A stretch of DNA of 63,998 nucleotides, filler included, from Hyphochytrium catenoides (taxonomy: Eukaryota; Protista; Hyphochytriomycota): the NCBI GenBank assembly GCA_900088475.1. It is 7 parts of 7 records of this genome, joined end to end, with 100 filler letters (N's around TTAATTAATTAA, not from the genome) between each part and the next. Parts side by side here need not be neighbours in the genome. Positions count along the whole stretch, not along the records: positions 60,484 to 62,893 come from FLMG01004585.1; positions 62,994 to 63,998 come from FLMG01002514.1; 5 more parts are not named here. One strand, written 5' to 3'. Positions 62,805 through 63,998 of this stretch are shown here, in pieces (position 1 is the first letter of the stretch; each line of letters begins with the position of its first letter). Made by a program: the position numbers and the translations under genes. The notes beneath the pieces were generated by a model. That model saw only the letters and a program-made list of their open reading frames with translations, did no database searches and was not told the DNA's origin.

Positions 62805-63998
62805 AGAAATCTCAAGGGGACCTAACCATGTAAGATAGTATCAAGAGGAGTAATGAGGATAGTGAGAGACAACGTTTGCCGGTGAGAGGCAGCNNNNNNN
62901 NNNNNNNNNNNNNNNNNNNNNNNNNNNNNNNNNNNNNTTAATTAATTAANNNNNNNNNNNNNNNNNNNNNNNNNNNNNNNNNNNNNNNNNNNNTTACAAC
63001 CGTAATCCTTTCTAGCTTGTGGTCTCTCTCTCTTCTTCGTCTCCTCAATCCTAAAACCTTGTTGGTATGGAATTTCTTTCGCTTAATGTTCTGTGTCCGT
63101 TAGTCGAGAAGGGGTTGTTCCCCCTCATCGTCTGTTGGGTCCTTGGCTGACTCCTCCTTTCTTCCTCTCCCTCTCTCTCTCTCCCTCTCTGTCTCTTACT
63201 CCCCTCTCTCTCTTACTCTCTCTCTCTCTCTTACTCTTTCGAACTCGTTTTATCTCCCTCTCTCTGTTGCCCCATCTCTCGGTTCTCTCTCACTCTCTTT
63301 CTTTCTCTCACAAACTCTGTCTCTCTGGCTCTCTCTTTCTCTCCTCGCTCTTTCTTTCTTGTGGTTCATTGACCGTACATTGATATCAATCCTCCGCCCA
63401 CCTACCGTGCCTCCTTAGCTGGTCTTCGTCTCAGCAGATCCGATGAAGCTGCACGTTGCCATAGAGACCCTCTCCACAATTATCCAGCCCTTTCCGTGGC
63501 CTGTACGTTTGCTCCAAAGACACCAATTTCGCGTCAATGTTCCCCTTCTTCTTCTCTCTTCCTTCTTTTATCTTCCTCTCCTCTCCCCTCCTACGTCTGA
63601 TGACCTTTATTATTGAAATCCTTTCCACAAAGCCCTTCCTCTTTTTGGAGAATGATGGAATTCTTTCATGCCCAGCTCGCTCCCTCTTTCGTTCGACCTT
63701 CACCTACTTCTTCTACTTCGGGTCGGCCTCCTCGCCGACGTTTCTCGCTGAACCTCTCGCCTTATTATATGCGTGACCGTGGCTGGTTTTTCGTTTCGCT
63801 TGGCCTTTCTTCGTCTACTCTTTTGCTCTGCTGGTTTCTCGCTGTCTGTCTGTCTCTTTCTGGTCTCTCTCTCTGTTAACAGTTTTCCTGCTCTTCTTTA
63901 TCTTGACAGCGCTCGTTTTATCTCTCCGCGTGATTTATCTATCTCTGCCTTCTAACTGTTTTGCACGCAGCACCTCCTCGTCCCAGTGCTCTCCCGGC

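Noticed and set aside
62994-63998. Coding potential in the final segment
   Set aside because: Only short ORFs with no supported homology or exon chain.

Overview
Eukaryotic, intron-containing genomic DNA from a flagellated protist (stramenopile-like by inference). The window is at least seven assembly segments joined by artificial 100-nt N/TTAATTAATTAA spacers, so gene adjacency across those joins is unreliable. Spliced genes: CFAP43 (3' part), DRG2 GTPase (complete), PUS7/TruD (partial), an RNI-like LRR protein, DNAAF5/HEATR2 (partial), SEL1L/HRD3 (partial) and a C-terminal Myb protein (partial); several have introns made mostly of (CT)n/(GA)n microsatellite. A 19-43 kb accessory block holds intronless surface/secreted genes: a type I membrane protein, a GPI-type protein with two copies of an unrecognised Cys-rich domain, a pectinacetylesterase/Notum hydrolase and its pseudogene, and two convergent IPC/sphingomyelin synthase paralogues. 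It also holds a Ty3/Gypsy LTR-PBS-gag remnant. The most striking feature is a 10-exon minus-strand gene (52124-56088, 581 aa by manual splicing). It fuses a degenerate lumazine-synthase (RibH-fold) domain to a four-EF-hand calcyphosin domain, with SPIRAL1-like G-x-SSI-x-FG motifs at both termini. All family calls come from motif recognition by eye; no database searches were run.
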